DNA of 64,000 nucleotides from Nitrosopumilus sp. (GCA_965207445.1 CBDBLX010000002.1:896001-960000); one strand, 5' to 3'. Positions 39,871-51,871 are shown, counted from the first letter of the stretch. The notes: generated by a model from the letters alone, not told the origin. A program made the numbers and translations.

Positions 39871-40890
39871 CTATGTAGAGAGATAATCGTTTACATCAAG
39901 TGCTGCCATACATCCAAACCCTGCAGCCGTGACTGCTTGTCTGTATATACTATCGTGAACATCACCTGCTGCAAACACTCCTTTTGCGTTTGTATGTTGT
40001 TTGCCATCTTTTAACTCAATGTATCCTTTAGCATCACAATCTATCTGTCCTTTAAACAACTGTGTATTTGGAACGTGTCCTATTGCTACAAAGAGTGCTC
40101 CTGCATCAAGTGTCTCTTTTTGCTCTGTCTTGACATTTTGTAGAGTGACGTTTTGGATCTTTTGATCCCCTGCAATGTCTATTATCTTGCTGTCCCAGTG
40201 AAACTTTATTTTTTCATTGGTAAACGCTCTATTCTGCATGGCCTTGCTTGCACGAAGTTCGTCTCTTCTATGGATTATATGCACATCTTTACCAAATTTT
40301 GTCAAAAATAGTGCTTCTTCTATTGCAGAGTCACCTCCACCTGCTACTATAATTGATTGTCCTTTAAAGAATGGTCCATCACATGTAGCACAGTATGACA
40401 CACCACGTCCTGCAAATGCTTGTTCTCCTTTGAGTCCAAGCTTTTTTGGTGTTGCACCTGTGGCTATTATTATTGCACGTGCTTCATATTCAAAACTTTC
40501 TGTAAGCACTCTCAAATGTTCTTGATCTCTAAAATCTACGTTGGTGACTTCATAATCTATTATCTCTGTTCCCATGTTTTTGCATTGTTCTCTGATCTCC
40601 ATCATTAAATCTGGACCCATTATACCTGACTTGAATCCTGGATAATTCTCAACGTCTGTCGTATTGATGAGTTGTCCTCCTGGCAGTATGCCTGATAAAA
40701 CTAGTGTACTATATCCCCCTCGTGAGCAATAAATTCCTGCTGTGTATCCTGCTGGACCACCACCAATTATTATTACATCATATTTAGTTTTTGGTGAATT
40801 GATATTTTTATTATACTTTTTTCCATTCTCATTGTTGTTGTATCCTACACTCATCTGTGGTGTATCTGCTACTTGAGACATCATGCACAT
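39871..40890 (-). CDS. trxB: Thioredoxin-disulfide reductase
   Basis: IIGGGPAG, VENYPGF, SYCATCDG and FAAGDV. Confidence 0.96.
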   Translation of the reverse strand: MCMMSQVADTPQMSVGYNNNENGKKYNKNINSPKTKYDVIIIGGGPAGYTAGIYCSRGGYSTLVLSGILPGGQLINTTDVENYPGFKSGIMGPDLMMEIREQCKNMGTEIIDYEVTNVDFRDQEHLRVLTESFEYEARAIIIATGATPKKLGLKGEQAFAGRGVSYCATCDGPFFKGQSIIVAGGGDSAIEEALFLTKFGKDVHIIHRRDELRASKAMQNRAFTNEKIKFHWDSKIIDIAGDQKIQNVTLQNVKTEQKETLDAGALFVAIGHVPNTQLFKGQIDCDAKGYIELKDGKQHTNAKGVFAAGDVHDSIYRQAVTAAGFGCMAALDVNDYLST

Positions 40891-41099
40891 TCTTCAAAAC
40901 ATGACAAATTTAAGTCAATTTATGAATCCAAATATCTTGTAACAATTTACTAATGTGTATTATAATGGTGTGTATTTTACATTTTTTGAAATAACAAATT
41001 TTTCATCATGACCTGTATGTGACCATAAATGTATTTTGTACCGTACTTGATCGATATATTTATATGTCTGTACCTCAGTGTACCTGATAAGGAAGTAAA

Positions 41100-41486
41100 A
41101 TGCCAAAAGAAGGTTTTAGATCTATCACTGTCTCTGACTATATCTATGACAGATTCCAAGATGCCTATAACGAAAACAAGACTGCCCTTGTCAACAAGGG
41201 TGTGCGTAGCCTGTCAGGATATGTCTCCTATATGCTTGAAGAGGCTATGAATCGCAATGAGACGTTTGCACGGTACGCGCCAAAGATCGAGAGCATCTCT
41301 GTTGAGGATGACCGTGTGATACTAAAAGACAACATCAAAAACCGCATAGTTGAGATAGTCTTCCAAAATGGCGAACTGCATTGCTTTTTATGTGATTCCA
41401 AGGACTGTATGCATGTAGGGTATGTTTTTTCAATGCCTGATGTGTATGAGGCCCTTGACGCTAAAGGTGTTCGTAGGCCATCTTGA
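41100..41486 (+). CDS. Hypothetical protein (RHH-like N-terminus, CxxC..CxH C-terminus)
   Basis: 128-aa clean ORF. Confidence 0.75.
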   Translation: MPKEGFRSITVSDYIYDRFQDAYNENKTALVNKGVRSLSGYVSYMLEEAMNRNETFARYAPKIESISVEDDRVILKDNIKNRIVEIVFQNGELHCFLCDSKDCMHVGYVFSMPDVYEALDAKGVRRPS

Positions 41487-41621
41487 TACTGATAATCTTT
41501 TGATTTATTTAGTATCAAATCCTGTCTATTTTTTTATCGTATTTTTGTAATTATGTTGATATATGATTTAATATTTTTTGAATTATTATGGTGCTGCCAT
41601 GTATAATCAAACTATGTATAA

Positions 41622-42611
41622 TCATTTGGTAACATCTTGCATATTTTTTATTACATTTTGATGTTTGCTACAAAGTTTTTGGCTTGTAATTTGCGTGTGT
41701 ATCATCTCACTTTGCCAGTGTGCATTGTACAGACGACATGATTTGTCTGTGCAGAATGCTTCTCCTGTCTCATAATATGTTACTGCTTGTAACAACAACC
41801 CTTGTACAATAAATGGTATTCGTAAATCATGTCGTGTAATGTAATTGCAATTATTTGTATTTTGTAGCGTATCTTGTAGCGTATCTTGTGTACTGTAGCA
41901 AGCATGCTCATCATTTGCTATATTATTGTACACTGTATTGTGTTTTGTATTGTTTGCATGTTCTGTGAATATTTTTGTCATTTGTCTGATATAGTATTCT
42001 CTTGGCCTTGCAGGTCCATTTACTATACCTGATGTTGATATGATGTATGGATTTGCGCCTACGAGCATACGTACATGATACTTGTAGTCACTTTCATCAA
42101 ATGTGCATACTGTTAAATCTGTAAATATTACATGTAGTGTGCTGTATTGCTGCATTTGAGTTTTAACTGTATTTGTTATATTTGTGGCATGAGTCTTGTC
42201 ACTGCAAATTATCTCTGATGCCACATTACATAAATCAAATCCGTCGTAAATTGCAATTGATTCGTCTGAATCTTTGTCTATTGTTTGTATTTTTGGTTCT
42301 GCTTTTTGTATTATGTCTCCAGTAATGTATCTTGGTGGTTTTTTTATGTCGTGTATGCGTGCAGCTTTTATCTTTTTACTGTATTTGTCTTGTTGTTGTT
42401 TGTTGTTGTTGTCACCGTTGTCACCGTTGTCACCGTTGTCACCGTCACCGTTGTCACCGTTGTCACCGTCACCGTTGTCACAAAATATGTCTCTGTTGTC
42501 GTGTTTTATCTGCACTGGTAATAATTTTTTTACAAACTTCTCTAGTTGTAAAATGTCGATCTCTTTTGCAATTTGAGGATCACAATATGTAATTATTTTT
42601 GATATTTTCAT
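41622..42611 (-). CDS. Putative archaeal metallopeptidase-like protein (DUF6775-like) with GDN repeat insertion
   Basis: GPARPREYY and FCTDKSCRLYNAHWQ..LCSKH. Confidence 0.7.
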   Translation of the reverse strand: MKISKIITYCDPQIAKEIDILQLEKFVKKLLPVQIKHDNRDIFCDNGDGDNGDNGDGDNGDNGDNGDNNNKQQQDKYSKKIKAARIHDIKKPPRYITGDIIQKAEPKIQTIDKDSDESIAIYDGFDLCNVASEIICSDKTHATNITNTVKTQMQQYSTLHVIFTDLTVCTFDESDYKYHVRMLVGANPYIISTSGIVNGPARPREYYIRQMTKIFTEHANNTKHNTVYNNIANDEHACYSTQDTLQDTLQNTNNCNYITRHDLRIPFIVQGLLLQAVTYYETGEAFCTDKSCRLYNAHWQSEMIHTQITSQKLCSKHQNVIKNMQDVTK

Positions 42612-42626
42612 TGTTTTATAAAGCTG

Positions 42627-43445
42627 TTATCTTTCTTGCTCTTTTATCTTTCTTGCAGTGATCTCTGCTGCCCTCTTTCCTGAAAATAACATAGAGCCAA
42701 ATGTGGGTCCCATGCGTGCAAGACCATGTGTCTCGGTGACAGACATGCCTGCTGCAACTAGTCCTGGATATACTTCTCCTGTCTTTTCGACAACGTGTTC
42801 TTCACCTTCATTAACATACATTGGGTTCATACCTTTCCATGTGACTAGTCCTCTGTCTACTAGTCGTTTTACTGCAACTGAATCATGTCCTGATGCATCT
42901 ATTATCACCTTTGCCTCAAATGCTACTGGGTCTACACATGTTATGTTGCGCGGTAATGCTGATACTGGCATCCAGTTAACAACTATTCCTGAAACTCTTT
43001 GATTCTTTAACACCAGATCATCGAACTTTGTAAGGTTGAGGAACTTTACTCCTGCATCACATGCACCGGCTATCAATTTTGATACTGCGTGTGGGCCTGG
43101 TGTGATGTATAGTCCTTCTCCTGCCTTTTGGTAAGGTACGCCAAGTTCATCCCATATCCTTTGTGCTGGTGCTCTGACTGTAACAGGATTCATCATATAA
43201 CCTCCAAGCCAGTATCCTCCCCCTAGATAATTATTTTGCTCAATTACTAGAACCTTAAAGCCCATGTTTGAGAGGTCTCTACTTGCAGTCAAGCCTGCTG
43301 GGCCTGCTCCTATGATAATGACATCAGACTCTGCTCTATCCATTAACACTTTGTGAAATTCGTCTGCAATGGCCCGAGTAATCTCTACTTCTCTGACGTC
43401 TGCAAATATCTTTGGTTGAACCTCTGCAATTGTGGCTTTTTGCAT
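42627..43445 (-). CDS. thi4: Adenosine diphosphate thiazole synthase (Thi4)
   Basis: IGAGPAGL, LGGGYWLGG, CVDP and RMGPTFGSM. Confidence 0.95.
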   Translation of the reverse strand: MQKATIAEVQPKIFADVREVEITRAIADEFHKVLMDRAESDVIIIGAGPAGLTASRDLSNMGFKVLVIEQNNYLGGGYWLGGYMMNPVTVRAPAQRIWDELGVPYQKAGEGLYITPGPHAVSKLIAGACDAGVKFLNLTKFDDLVLKNQRVSGIVVNWMPVSALPRNITCVDPVAFEAKVIIDASGHDSVAVKRLVDRGLVTWKGMNPMYVNEGEEHVVEKTGEVYPGLVAAGMSVTETHGLARMGPTFGSMLFSGKRAAEITARKIKEQER

Positions 43446-43627
43446 ATTTTTGTTATATTCTCTATACATTAATACCTTTTTCAAATACCGTGTTGGTGAC
43501 TGCGTGACTGTTTTTTCTTCTTGTGATCGATGATATCACTCTTCAGAATTAGTACATGTTGTCTGAATTGGGCATAGATCTTTTATTGTCTATACTATTT
43601 GGCAATGCGCAGTTGGTGTGTATTTTA

Positions 43628-44092
43628 CTATTGTAATTTATTATCATTCTTGTCATCATCACCATCATCATCACCATCACTTGAATCCATAGATTCCTCT
43701 ATAGTTAATGGAATTTGTTCACCTTTGCTATCCCATGCACGTACAGATGAATCTGAATATGGAAACCCAACAATTACTGATACTAGTCCAAAAAAGTTAT
43801 GCAGATCCGTGACTGATGGCTCTGGTGAACCACTTGGATGTGAGTGTACCATACCAACATAACTCATATCAAATGGTAAAAATGAGTGTGGGAATCCTGC
43901 AAACGTGGGCCCTGATTCACTAAATGGTGGTATCACCAATCCATCTACTGTTATGGTGCCTTTTTTTGATTTGCCCCTTAGTATCAAGACGCCTTCATTA
44001 GGGTGTTTCATTTGACAATATGAAAATATACTGTCCATTACTTTTCGCTTGAATACTACACAACGTTCAATTTTTGACTTTTTAAATAACAT
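43628..44092 (-). CDS. JAMM/MPN+ metalloprotease family protein
   Basis: HPNE and VHSHPSGSPEPSVTD. Confidence 0.9.
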   Translation of the reverse strand: MLFKKSKIERCVVFKRKVMDSIFSYCQMKHPNEGVLILRGKSKKGTITVDGLVIPPFSESGPTFAGFPHSFLPFDMSYVGMVHSHPSGSPEPSVTDLHNFFGLVSVIVGFPYSDSSVRAWDSKGEQIPLTIEESMDSSDGDDDGDDDKNDNKLQ

Positions 44093-44192
44093 ATTGTCTG
44101 TACTGAATGCACGTTTAAGAGTATGGCGATTGTACTCTACTAATCATACAAAACAGTGTATAATATATGCATACTAACATTTACAAAATTTA

Positions 44193-45605
44193 TTAGGTGA
44201 TCTCATATTTTATTCCAGTGTGCTGTCGTAGTCGTATCTGAATGTCTGATCTCATGTTTGAGATTGCAATCTCATCTTCTTTGATCTCTGTTTTCAATGA
44301 TGTGTATCGTGTTTGATTGTCATCAAGCATTGACATCATCTTTGATAAATTATTCTCATACTCCTCAAGACCTATTGGCTTTGCAGATTTGGCTAAATCC
44401 GATAATTCTTTGTGATGTTTTTTACATTCTTCTATCTTGCTTGCATATGATTCTATTTCATCTGCAGTGTTTGCAAGTGCCGCGATTGTTTTTTCAAGAT
44501 CTTTGACAGATATTGATTTTGTAGCTACTGCTCGTCGCACATTTAATAGTATTGTAGATATTGTGTCAAGATTGTCTGTGCAAATTACATTTGATGGATT
44601 AGTCACTAGACTTGCTAGAACCTTTTGTTGTTCTTTGTCAAGTGATGATCCATACTCGTATCTCCCAAGCGGTCTTGATATTTTTGCAAATTGGGCATTT
44701 ATCTCTGCTTGTACTTTTGACAATTTTTGTTCTGCGCCCTGTATTTCTGATAACTTGGACATATATTCTTTGTATGATGTAGATGATTTTATCTCAGATA
44801 TGGATAATTCTATTTTGGATATGTGAGATTTTGTATCTTTGATGTTAGAGTCTATATCTGCAATTTTTTGTATTTTTTTTACATGATCTTTTTGTCTTTT
44901 TACAAGTTTGTCTAGTTCATCTGATATGTTTTTTGAATCCAAATTTGCTTGGTTGTATCTGTTTAGTATGTTTTGAATATCATTATGTTCTGTCTTCATT
45001 GCAGCTAGATTGTCTTTGAATCTGTTGGCATGTTTTTTTGCAAATATGTGTATAACGCGCGTTTGTCTGCCGAGCACATCTCCGACTTTTTTTAATGTTT
45101 GACGTAGTATGATCTCTGTTTTTATTGCATCTTCAATAGAGTTCACATTTGGTAGATGTGTGACACCACGACGTATTACATCAATTACTTGTTTTTTACC
45201 ACGTACCACAATAATTGCAAGATGTTTGTCTATGGATTCAACATTTAGATCATCTTGTTCCAAAGTTCTCCCCATCTGAATTAACTCATTAATCATTGGT
45301 TCGGTTTTGTCTCTGATGTCTTTTATGGTGTGTGTGGCATGTTGCTCTCTTTGTGCATCAAATTTTGCTAAAACTTGGGCTATATTCTCAACTAGAAGAT
45401 CTTCTGTTAGTTGATCTTCTGATGTATATGGTGTTGGTACGCCGCTGTTGCTAATGTGCACCGTGCCCATTGAGCCGGGGCGATGAGGTGGACTGATCTG
45501 TGCTTTTGTGTCTTCATTAAAAGAATCATGTGCATATTCTTTATGTGGTTTTTCATCTGTCTCTTTTTTCTTTTTTCTACCAAACCCAAATACCATACAT
45601 GTCAA
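44193..45605 (-). CDS. Coiled-coil hypothetical protein
   Basis: 470-aa ORF with long heptad-rich helices. Confidence 0.75.
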   Translation of the reverse strand: MTCMVFGFGRKKKKETDEKPHKEYAHDSFNEDTKAQISPPHRPGSMGTVHISNSGVPTPYTSEDQLTEDLLVENIAQVLAKFDAQREQHATHTIKDIRDKTEPMINELIQMGRTLEQDDLNVESIDKHLAIIVVRGKKQVIDVIRRGVTHLPNVNSIEDAIKTEIILRQTLKKVGDVLGRQTRVIHIFAKKHANRFKDNLAAMKTEHNDIQNILNRYNQANLDSKNISDELDKLVKRQKDHVKKIQKIADIDSNIKDTKSHISKIELSISEIKSSTSYKEYMSKLSEIQGAEQKLSKVQAEINAQFAKISRPLGRYEYGSSLDKEQQKVLASLVTNPSNVICTDNLDTISTILLNVRRAVATKSISVKDLEKTIAALANTADEIESYASKIEECKKHHKELSDLAKSAKPIGLEEYENNLSKMMSMLDDNQTRYTSLKTEIKEDEIAISNMRSDIQIRLRQHTGIKYEIT

Positions 45606-45715
45606 TTATACATGTAGAATTAAAAATTATTGCATGGTTGACAAATGTACTTGTGTGGTCATGTTTTGCGCAGATTGTTAAATAAAACTTATACTGTGAT
45701 AGATATAATGCATTA

Positions 45716-46171
45716 ATGGTAATGAAAGAATACATAGATACAATCAATGTACGCTCAAAAAAAATAAAGACCACCCCGCAAAAGGCATGGGGTCTTATTG
45801 GTGATATTGCATCGATGCCACGATGGGCGCCTGGTGTCAAAAAGGTGATTATAAAGTCCAAGAATCGACGTGGAATTGGTGCGGTGAGAGATGTAGTGTT
45901 TGATGATGGTTGTGTAATAGAAGAGCATGTTGTATTATGGGATGCCAAAAAAAGATTCACATATGTTGCAACTGCTGGACTACCCTTACATGTATATGTG
46001 GCCACTATTTCAATAAACGAAAAAACAAGTGACTATATAGATATAACCTGGCAGTCATATCTAACTAGCAATAAAATGCCAAAAAAAGATTTCCAAAAAC
46101 TACTATGTGATATGCATGTCTTTTATGATGAGTCACTGAATAACATGAGCCGTATTTTACAAATATCTTGA
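45716..46171 (+). CDS. SRPBCC/polyketide cyclase family protein
   Basis: AWGLIGDIASMPRWAPGV and GIGAVR. Confidence 0.85.
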   Translation: MVMKEYIDTINVRSKKIKTTPQKAWGLIGDIASMPRWAPGVKKVIIKSKNRRGIGAVRDVVFDDGCVIEEHVVLWDAKKRFTYVATAGLPLHVYVATISINEKTSDYIDITWQSYLTSNKMPKKDFQKLLCDMHVFYDESLNNMSRILQIS

Positions 46172-46190
46172 TATGGTAATTGGACTTTAG

Positions 46191-47882
46191 TATAGCGACG
46201 AGCATAAGTTTCTGTACAGTGAATTTTTGTGATTTCGTGCCTGAAATAATCACATGTGGCAAAGTCCAATTGTGAAAACGTTACAGGAAATCACAATATG
46301 ACTATTTTTATGTTCAAAATTATGGCAGTGTGTTGCAATATGCACAATCATGCACCAAAGAATGGAATACAATTCAAGATTGAGATGGATGATTACGATG
46401 TGTGCTTACGTGTAGCGATAACCATGTTGAGAGAAGATGTACCTGAGCAATAATGCAATTTCATATTGCTAGTTTGTCTTTTTCTTTTTTGTTTTTGTTG
46501 TTGTTGCTATCGGGACGGTTATGTTACATTTCTCTGCTTCAGAACTCAGTTCACCTTCCAATCTGACGATTGGACGCATTACCCCTTTGGGCGGTTTTCG
46601 TTTCCAGAATTTGGTAAAATTATAATCAAACATGTATTCGTTGATAAATTTGAATACTGCTTCTTTGTGTGCATCAACAGTTGCATATCTTATAGAATTG
46701 TTGATTGATAATTTGAGTACGCCCCACAGTTCCTCAACAGGATTTAGGTACGGATGCCCTACTGGATACCACACTAACATAATGTCCGGGTGGTTTTTGA
46801 AATATTTCATTGCATCATTTGAGGTGTGATATGTTGCTCTGTCAAGAACAAGCACCATCTTTCCAATTTTTTGATACATACGATCAACATGCTCCAAAAA
46901 TGAGGCAGTGTTTGCAGTGCTACAGGAATTATAGAATAATTCTCCAGTTGATGTCATTGAACACAGCATGCTGAATCTATGATGATTCCCACTCCAAAAC
47001 GAGTATATGCGTACTCCCACTTTTGACCAAAACTTACGTGACCTCTCAGAATCTCGAATGTGTGATTCATCCATTGTCACTATTGTGTATCCTTTTTTGC
47101 TAAACTTTTCTAGTGTTTTAAAGAGTCGATATCTCCAAACTCGAACAGTTGTCATCTTGGCACGATTGATCTCAATTGGTTCTGTCTTTTTCTTTGAGCA
47201 TTTCCACTGTCTCATGTATCTTCGAACTTGTGTTATACTTAGCCGTGTACCTGACAACTCAAATATCTTATCAGATATTTCAATAGATTCAAAACCTTTG
47301 CCATCACACCATTGTCTTACTTTATCAAGTATGGCTCTGTCAACTTTTGTCGGACATCCTGATCTAGGTTTGTCTGATAATGCATCTCGAATACCTTTTG
47401 GTGTCTTTCTTGCAGCCTTTAATCTGTGCCACCACATTGAAACTGTTCTTCTATCGCAGCTGTGTTTTCGTCCAGTATCACTAAATGTACCCAAACTAAG
47501 AAACAAAATCAACATGCACAATCTGCGTACGACACGACCGTCTTTTTCGGTTTTTCTTATGTTCGACAACTGCTCAAGTATGTCCATACCCTAGTAAATA
47601 ATTTGATCATTTAAAACTTTCCTAAAATTAGGCACGCCTAAGCGTGCCGCAAAATTTTTTCGGTAACGCAGCATATTTGTCAATTACAAACTAGCAAAGT
47701 ATAAAGTACTAATTTCTTGGGCATAGTACACACACTGCGCTTATTACAATGCACACCTGAAATATATCTATTCATATTAAAAACAGATGTAACGTTTTCA
47801 AAATACAATATTTTTGCATATGATCTTTTCAGGCATAAAATCGTGTAAAATTGGTGTACATGGACTTATGCTCGTCGCTATA
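46191..47882 (-). mobile_element. IS630-family element, copy 2
   Basis: Same TIRs and TA flanks as copy 1. Confidence 0.95.
46469..47587 (-). CDS. IS630-family DDE transposase
   Basis: 372 aa, 6 differences from copy 1. Confidence 0.95.
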   Translation of the reverse strand: MDILEQLSNIRKTEKDGRVVRRLCMLILFLSLGTFSDTGRKHSCDRRTVSMWWHRLKAARKTPKGIRDALSDKPRSGCPTKVDRAILDKVRQWCDGKGFESIEISDKIFELSGTRLSITQVRRYMRQWKCSKKKTEPIEINRAKMTTVRVWRYRLFKTLEKFSKKGYTIVTMDESHIRDSERSRKFWSKVGVRIYSFWSGNHHRFSMLCSMTSTGELFYNSCSTANTASFLEHVDRMYQKIGKMVLVLDRATYHTSNDAMKYFKNHPDIMLVWYPVGHPYLNPVEELWGVLKLSINNSIRYATVDAHKEAVFKFINEYMFDYNFTKFWKRKPPKGVMRPIVRLEGELSSEAEKCNITVPIATTTKTKKKKTN

Positions 47883-48239
47883 GATCACTTGTGTTGTATA
47901 TGTTGAGAAAGATGTGCTAGAGGGTAATAACACATTACATCTGTATGCAGATTCACATGAACATGAGTGCGATTGTACATATTTGAATTAACAAAGTGAA
48001 TATATTTTTTGAACTAACCATATTGGTACGAAAAACACAGCAGAGTAGAAATTCAGATGGTATAGATTATGATTCGCACAAAACAAAATACAAACAAACA
48101 GTAGGGTAGAAAAATAACTATATGAATTCCTAGCGTAAGCAAGGTGAAAAAAAACACAAAAATAACCACAAAAACATTGCTAAATTGGAGCGGACCCAGT
48201 TAATGAGAACGCGCACTTTCATACAACTTAAAGCCCGCA

Positions 48240-48900
48240 GAGGATGGACAGGGGCATGACAATGACCACGTTTACACCAGATTAAAAGATCCAGATAGTG
48301 CTAGAGTCAATCAAGACCCACATAGAGGTGGCAGAACTGTACCGCAAACACAACCTGCACTCGCAGACATTTCAGGCATAGAGGCAAAAGTTCATGGATG
48401 CAGGCAAGGCCCGTCTTAGTCAGTGAAAGGATCAGTCCAAGGCTATGAAACAGGAAAATGACGATCTCAGGCGCATAATAGGTGATCTCACAATTGCCAA
48501 CGACGCTTTAAAAAAACCTTGGAGGCAAGCAGAGATTGACTGCGGCCAGAATAATGCACAAACATGAGCCTGCGCAAGGCTATAGAGTACTCGGGTATAT
48601 CAAGGCGCCAATGATACTACAAGTCGTGGAAAGTGGGATTGGATTCGGACGTGGTGTCCGACGTGCGCAGGATAAGCAAGAAACGGACCACGTATGGCAC
48701 GCGATGCATGGCAGCTCAGATGACACATGATGCAAAAACTGCAACAAATCGCAAAGCAAATTCTGCGTATGTGTCGTAAGATCGGCTATTCAGCCACAAA
48801 AGATGAAAAATGACATCATACAAGACGCAAACTCTTCAAGCCAGAGGCCTCAAACCAACTGTGGGAGGCAGACATCACATACATACCGTGCGGGATCCAC
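48240..48900 (+). pseudogene. IS3-family transposase (OrfA/OrfB) remnant
   Basis: FTPD*KIQIVLES..AELYRKHNL..ENDDLRRIIGDLTIANDALKK, slippery tttaaaaaaac, and PEASNQLWEADITYIPC. Confidence 0.85.
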
Positions 48901-48968
48901 TCCAGATTAACTCTATTTTTGCTCTATTTTGAATTAAACTAAAATTGCGTAAATTTTATTGTGTTGTA

Positions 48969-49433
48969 ATGGGTGACATTAGATTCACTATGGTTGGTAT
49001 AGTACTGATCTTTGTTGGATTTGTAATATTTGGGGCTGTTGGAAATGAATACCGATTTGTATCTATAGAATCTGATGAATTTGGAACGTGTTATAGATAT
49101 TTTGATGATGCTGAACCTATCAAGGTGGATTGTTCGTACAGAATGGGTGAGCAAATTATACTATTTGGCGTTGTGATTGCACTATTTGGATCTGGTGTTA
49201 TATCATTAATCAAAGGTATACGCGGTAATTGGGATAGCAAGGTAAGACCTGAAGATATGGTGGGACCTCAAAATAACTTTGATACAGACAAAAAAGATAA
49301 ACCTCATTATCATGACAGCGATTTAAATGATATTTTTAATGATAATGATGATGATAATGATGATGATAATAATAGTAATAGTGATCATGTCCAGAGTAAT
49401 GGGGACTATACAGATACAAAAAAAGACGATTAA
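48969..49433 (+). CDS. Two-TM membrane protein with acidic Asp/Asn tail
   Basis: Two hydrophobic helices; GNWDSKVRPEDMVGP. Confidence 0.75.
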   Translation: MGDIRFTMVGIVLIFVGFVIFGAVGNEYRFVSIESDEFGTCYRYFDDAEPIKVDCSYRMGEQIILFGVVIALFGSGVISLIKGIRGNWDSKVRPEDMVGPQNNFDTDKKDKPHYHDSDLNDIFNDNDDDNDDDNNSNSDHVQSNGDYTDTKKDD

Positions 49434-49566
49434 CTAGGGGCAATTAAAAATCACCAAACTTATTTAGTATTAATAATTTGCATCCACGTTAATACAAAAT
49501 TTTACACGTGTTATAGGCAACAAATACCAATTCAAACACTTACACACCTGTACAACATATTGTGTA

Positions 49567-49800
49567 CTAGTCTTCTTTTTCTACGAGTGTGACCGTTGTA
49601 CGAACCTTTGGAATATTCTTTATATTCCATGTTATAACCTCTCGAACCTTTTCAAAGTTCTCTGCTTCTAGCTTCACCAACATGTCGTGTGCTCCCATAG
49701 TCTCAGATATGTGCAACACATTCTCAAGTGTTTTGAGTTTTTCTACAATCTCTTCCTCTGCACCTAGATCACAGTTGAGCATCACATATGCAATAGTCAT
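49567..49800 (-). CDS. Lrp/AsnC ligand-binding domain protein
   Basis: AYVMLNC..G.EEEI, GAHDMLVKL and VRTTVTL. Confidence 0.9.
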   Translation of the reverse strand: MTIAYVMLNCDLGAEEEIVEKLKTLENVLHISETMGAHDMLVKLEAENFEKVREVITWNIKNIPKVRTTVTLVEKED

Positions 49801-49971
49801 AAGTACACAAATCTTATCTATCGTTTAAGTATTTGTTGTTATCTAGTTTGTTGCATAATTCGACAACCATCTCTGCTTGCACGCTACGTCCATACCATTA
49901 GGATAGACGTCTTATGTCCCAAGCAATTTGGTCCAAAAACACTATTTGGCTTTAAATTAGACCTCGTGTGA

Positions 49972-51668
49972 GTGATTGGTGCGTAATTCATCAAATCGCT
50001 ACCTGCATCGTACTTGCAAAGTCATCTGCAAATATCGCCAGAGTTTTATATGTATAAATTAAATTAATTAATAAGCTCATATATAAAAGTATCTGCGCGC
50101 ATACTAAAAGTTACTTATAGGAGCATCCCAATTGAATGATTGCTAATGACCAAAGGGGATGCTGAACAACGTTGACTAGCCAATGTTATCAACGTATCGT
50201 TTGAGAAGTGTGGTGGAACGGCGACATATGTGTGGTAGGTTGCCACAACATGCTATACTACACAGAGCATGACGCCCATTACAGTGTATGATTTGTGATG
50301 AATGTGGCGACTGCTTGTTGTTTGTGTAAATTTAGTATGTGGGTTTCAAATAAGAACAGATTATGGAGGTAGACTGTACAGTGACAGAGCCGTAGCACAA
50401 GCGACGAAGGTTACTGGCTGTATTACGAACAGGCACGCAAATCTGAGCAAGATTTTATGCGCAAGACATGGTTGTCGGCGATACGGAAAAAACCCACATC
50501 ATGCCAAGGAAAAGAAGACAAATAGAGGGAGCGGATGCAAGCCGGTACACTTGCGTGACAAGATGGATTTTTTGTGTCTTTTAAAAGTTGCAAAAAATAT
50601 TCCTTTTCGTGACGTGATAAATGATCTTGGATATATGCATGATGAGCAAGTTGACGAGTCGGAGCATGATTAGTTGGGTGACCAAACATATACAAACAAT
50701 TGATCTCAACTGGCTTGATTCTATTTTGGCATATACTGCCAATATGTGTCTAACTGAACTTGAAAAATCGGGGACAGATTCGGTACCGATAAAAGATAAA
50801 GAGTCCATACTTACGCACGGGTATAAGGATTTTGAGGGCGGTAAACAAGACGTAAAAAAAGAACCTACAGCTCCGATTGGGGTATAGACAGTAGTGGGGT
50901 AGAGACCGACAGATACGAAAAACAACAAAGACTTAATCATTTACTACAAGACTTAACTGACACGCGTCAAGACGTACCTAAAATATCATATTACTCGACA
51001 AGTGGACACCAGATCATACTTGCATCATACACAATTCCAAGCAATGCAAGTGACACGTCAATGCTTCCATATATGGTCAACTTTCTCATAAAAAACACAC
51101 ACAGATTAAAGAACGCTTATTCAACGGAGACAAGGGATACGACTCGGATTAAAACTGCGAGATAATATTTGATGCAAACATGAAGCCGAACATAAAGCAG
51201 CGCAATCATACGGCAGGTCATACAAACCGTGGCAAACCACCAAGCAGAAAAAAGGCAGCGGAAATCTTCGACAAAGATGCATACAAACAACGCGCACTTA
51301 TCGAGGCAATATTTGGAGCAGTAGAAGAGACAAAGAATCACAGGCTACACTGTCGTATGCGTCTGGCCAAAAACAGTAAGCGGTTTGGCGAAATACTATC
51401 GATTGCATGGAATATCAACGTCCTGAACAGATTTATCTGCGCTCATAAAAAAGGGCAAAAAATTCCATCATACAAATGATATCTACTGCTATCACACTTG
51501 CGCGTTTCATGTTCTATAATCTATGTCTGCCAAAACAACACACATGTATATTCAAAAATAAAACACACTATAGATAGATTTCAGTCTTTATAGATTGAAT
51601 GTGCAATAAACCGAGTAATCTCACAAAAGGGTCACAGGTAGCCCTAATGTCAATTACGCACCGACCTC
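49972..51668 (+). mobile_element. IS5-family element with a frameshifted transposase pseudogene
   Basis: TIRs gtgattggtgcgtaatt / aattacgcaccgacctc; fragments with GDKGYDSD* and YKQRALIEAIFG. Confidence 0.85.
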
Positions 51669-51693
51669 TTTCCACGCAGAGTTTGGTTCATAC
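51669..51693. mobile_element. MITE family B end
   Basis: tttccacgcagagtttggttcatac matches 39091-39117. Confidence 0.65.
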
Positions 51694-51870
51694 GGATGTG
51701 GACGTCCATATCCGGGATCCATCTTGTGTCGCGTGTTGATTTGCCTAGTATTTCCCGTAGCCTGTGCATGGACTTCCCGGCCGTTAAACTCCCGCGCCAC
51801 GAATGATGTTAGTCCAGATCTTAATGGCCATTGCGCCGTCTACAAGATCCTTGTTGGTCGCAGAAATCAT
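51694..51870 (-). pseudogene. N-terminal fragment of a DUF499/Swt1-like ATPase gene
   Basis: Across two frameshifts: MISATNKDLVDGAM / LRSGLTSFVAREF / LREILG..WIPDMDV; resembles the MAiTNxERVgkAmelLrxGLxPFVeREF start of DUF499 proteins. Confidence 0.55.
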
Positions 51871-51871
51871 G

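Noticed and set aside
42627..43445. Cys-type Thi4 (CVDP) as a novelty
   Set aside because: Cys-containing Thi4 enzymes are already known in archaea; nothing else here is unusual.
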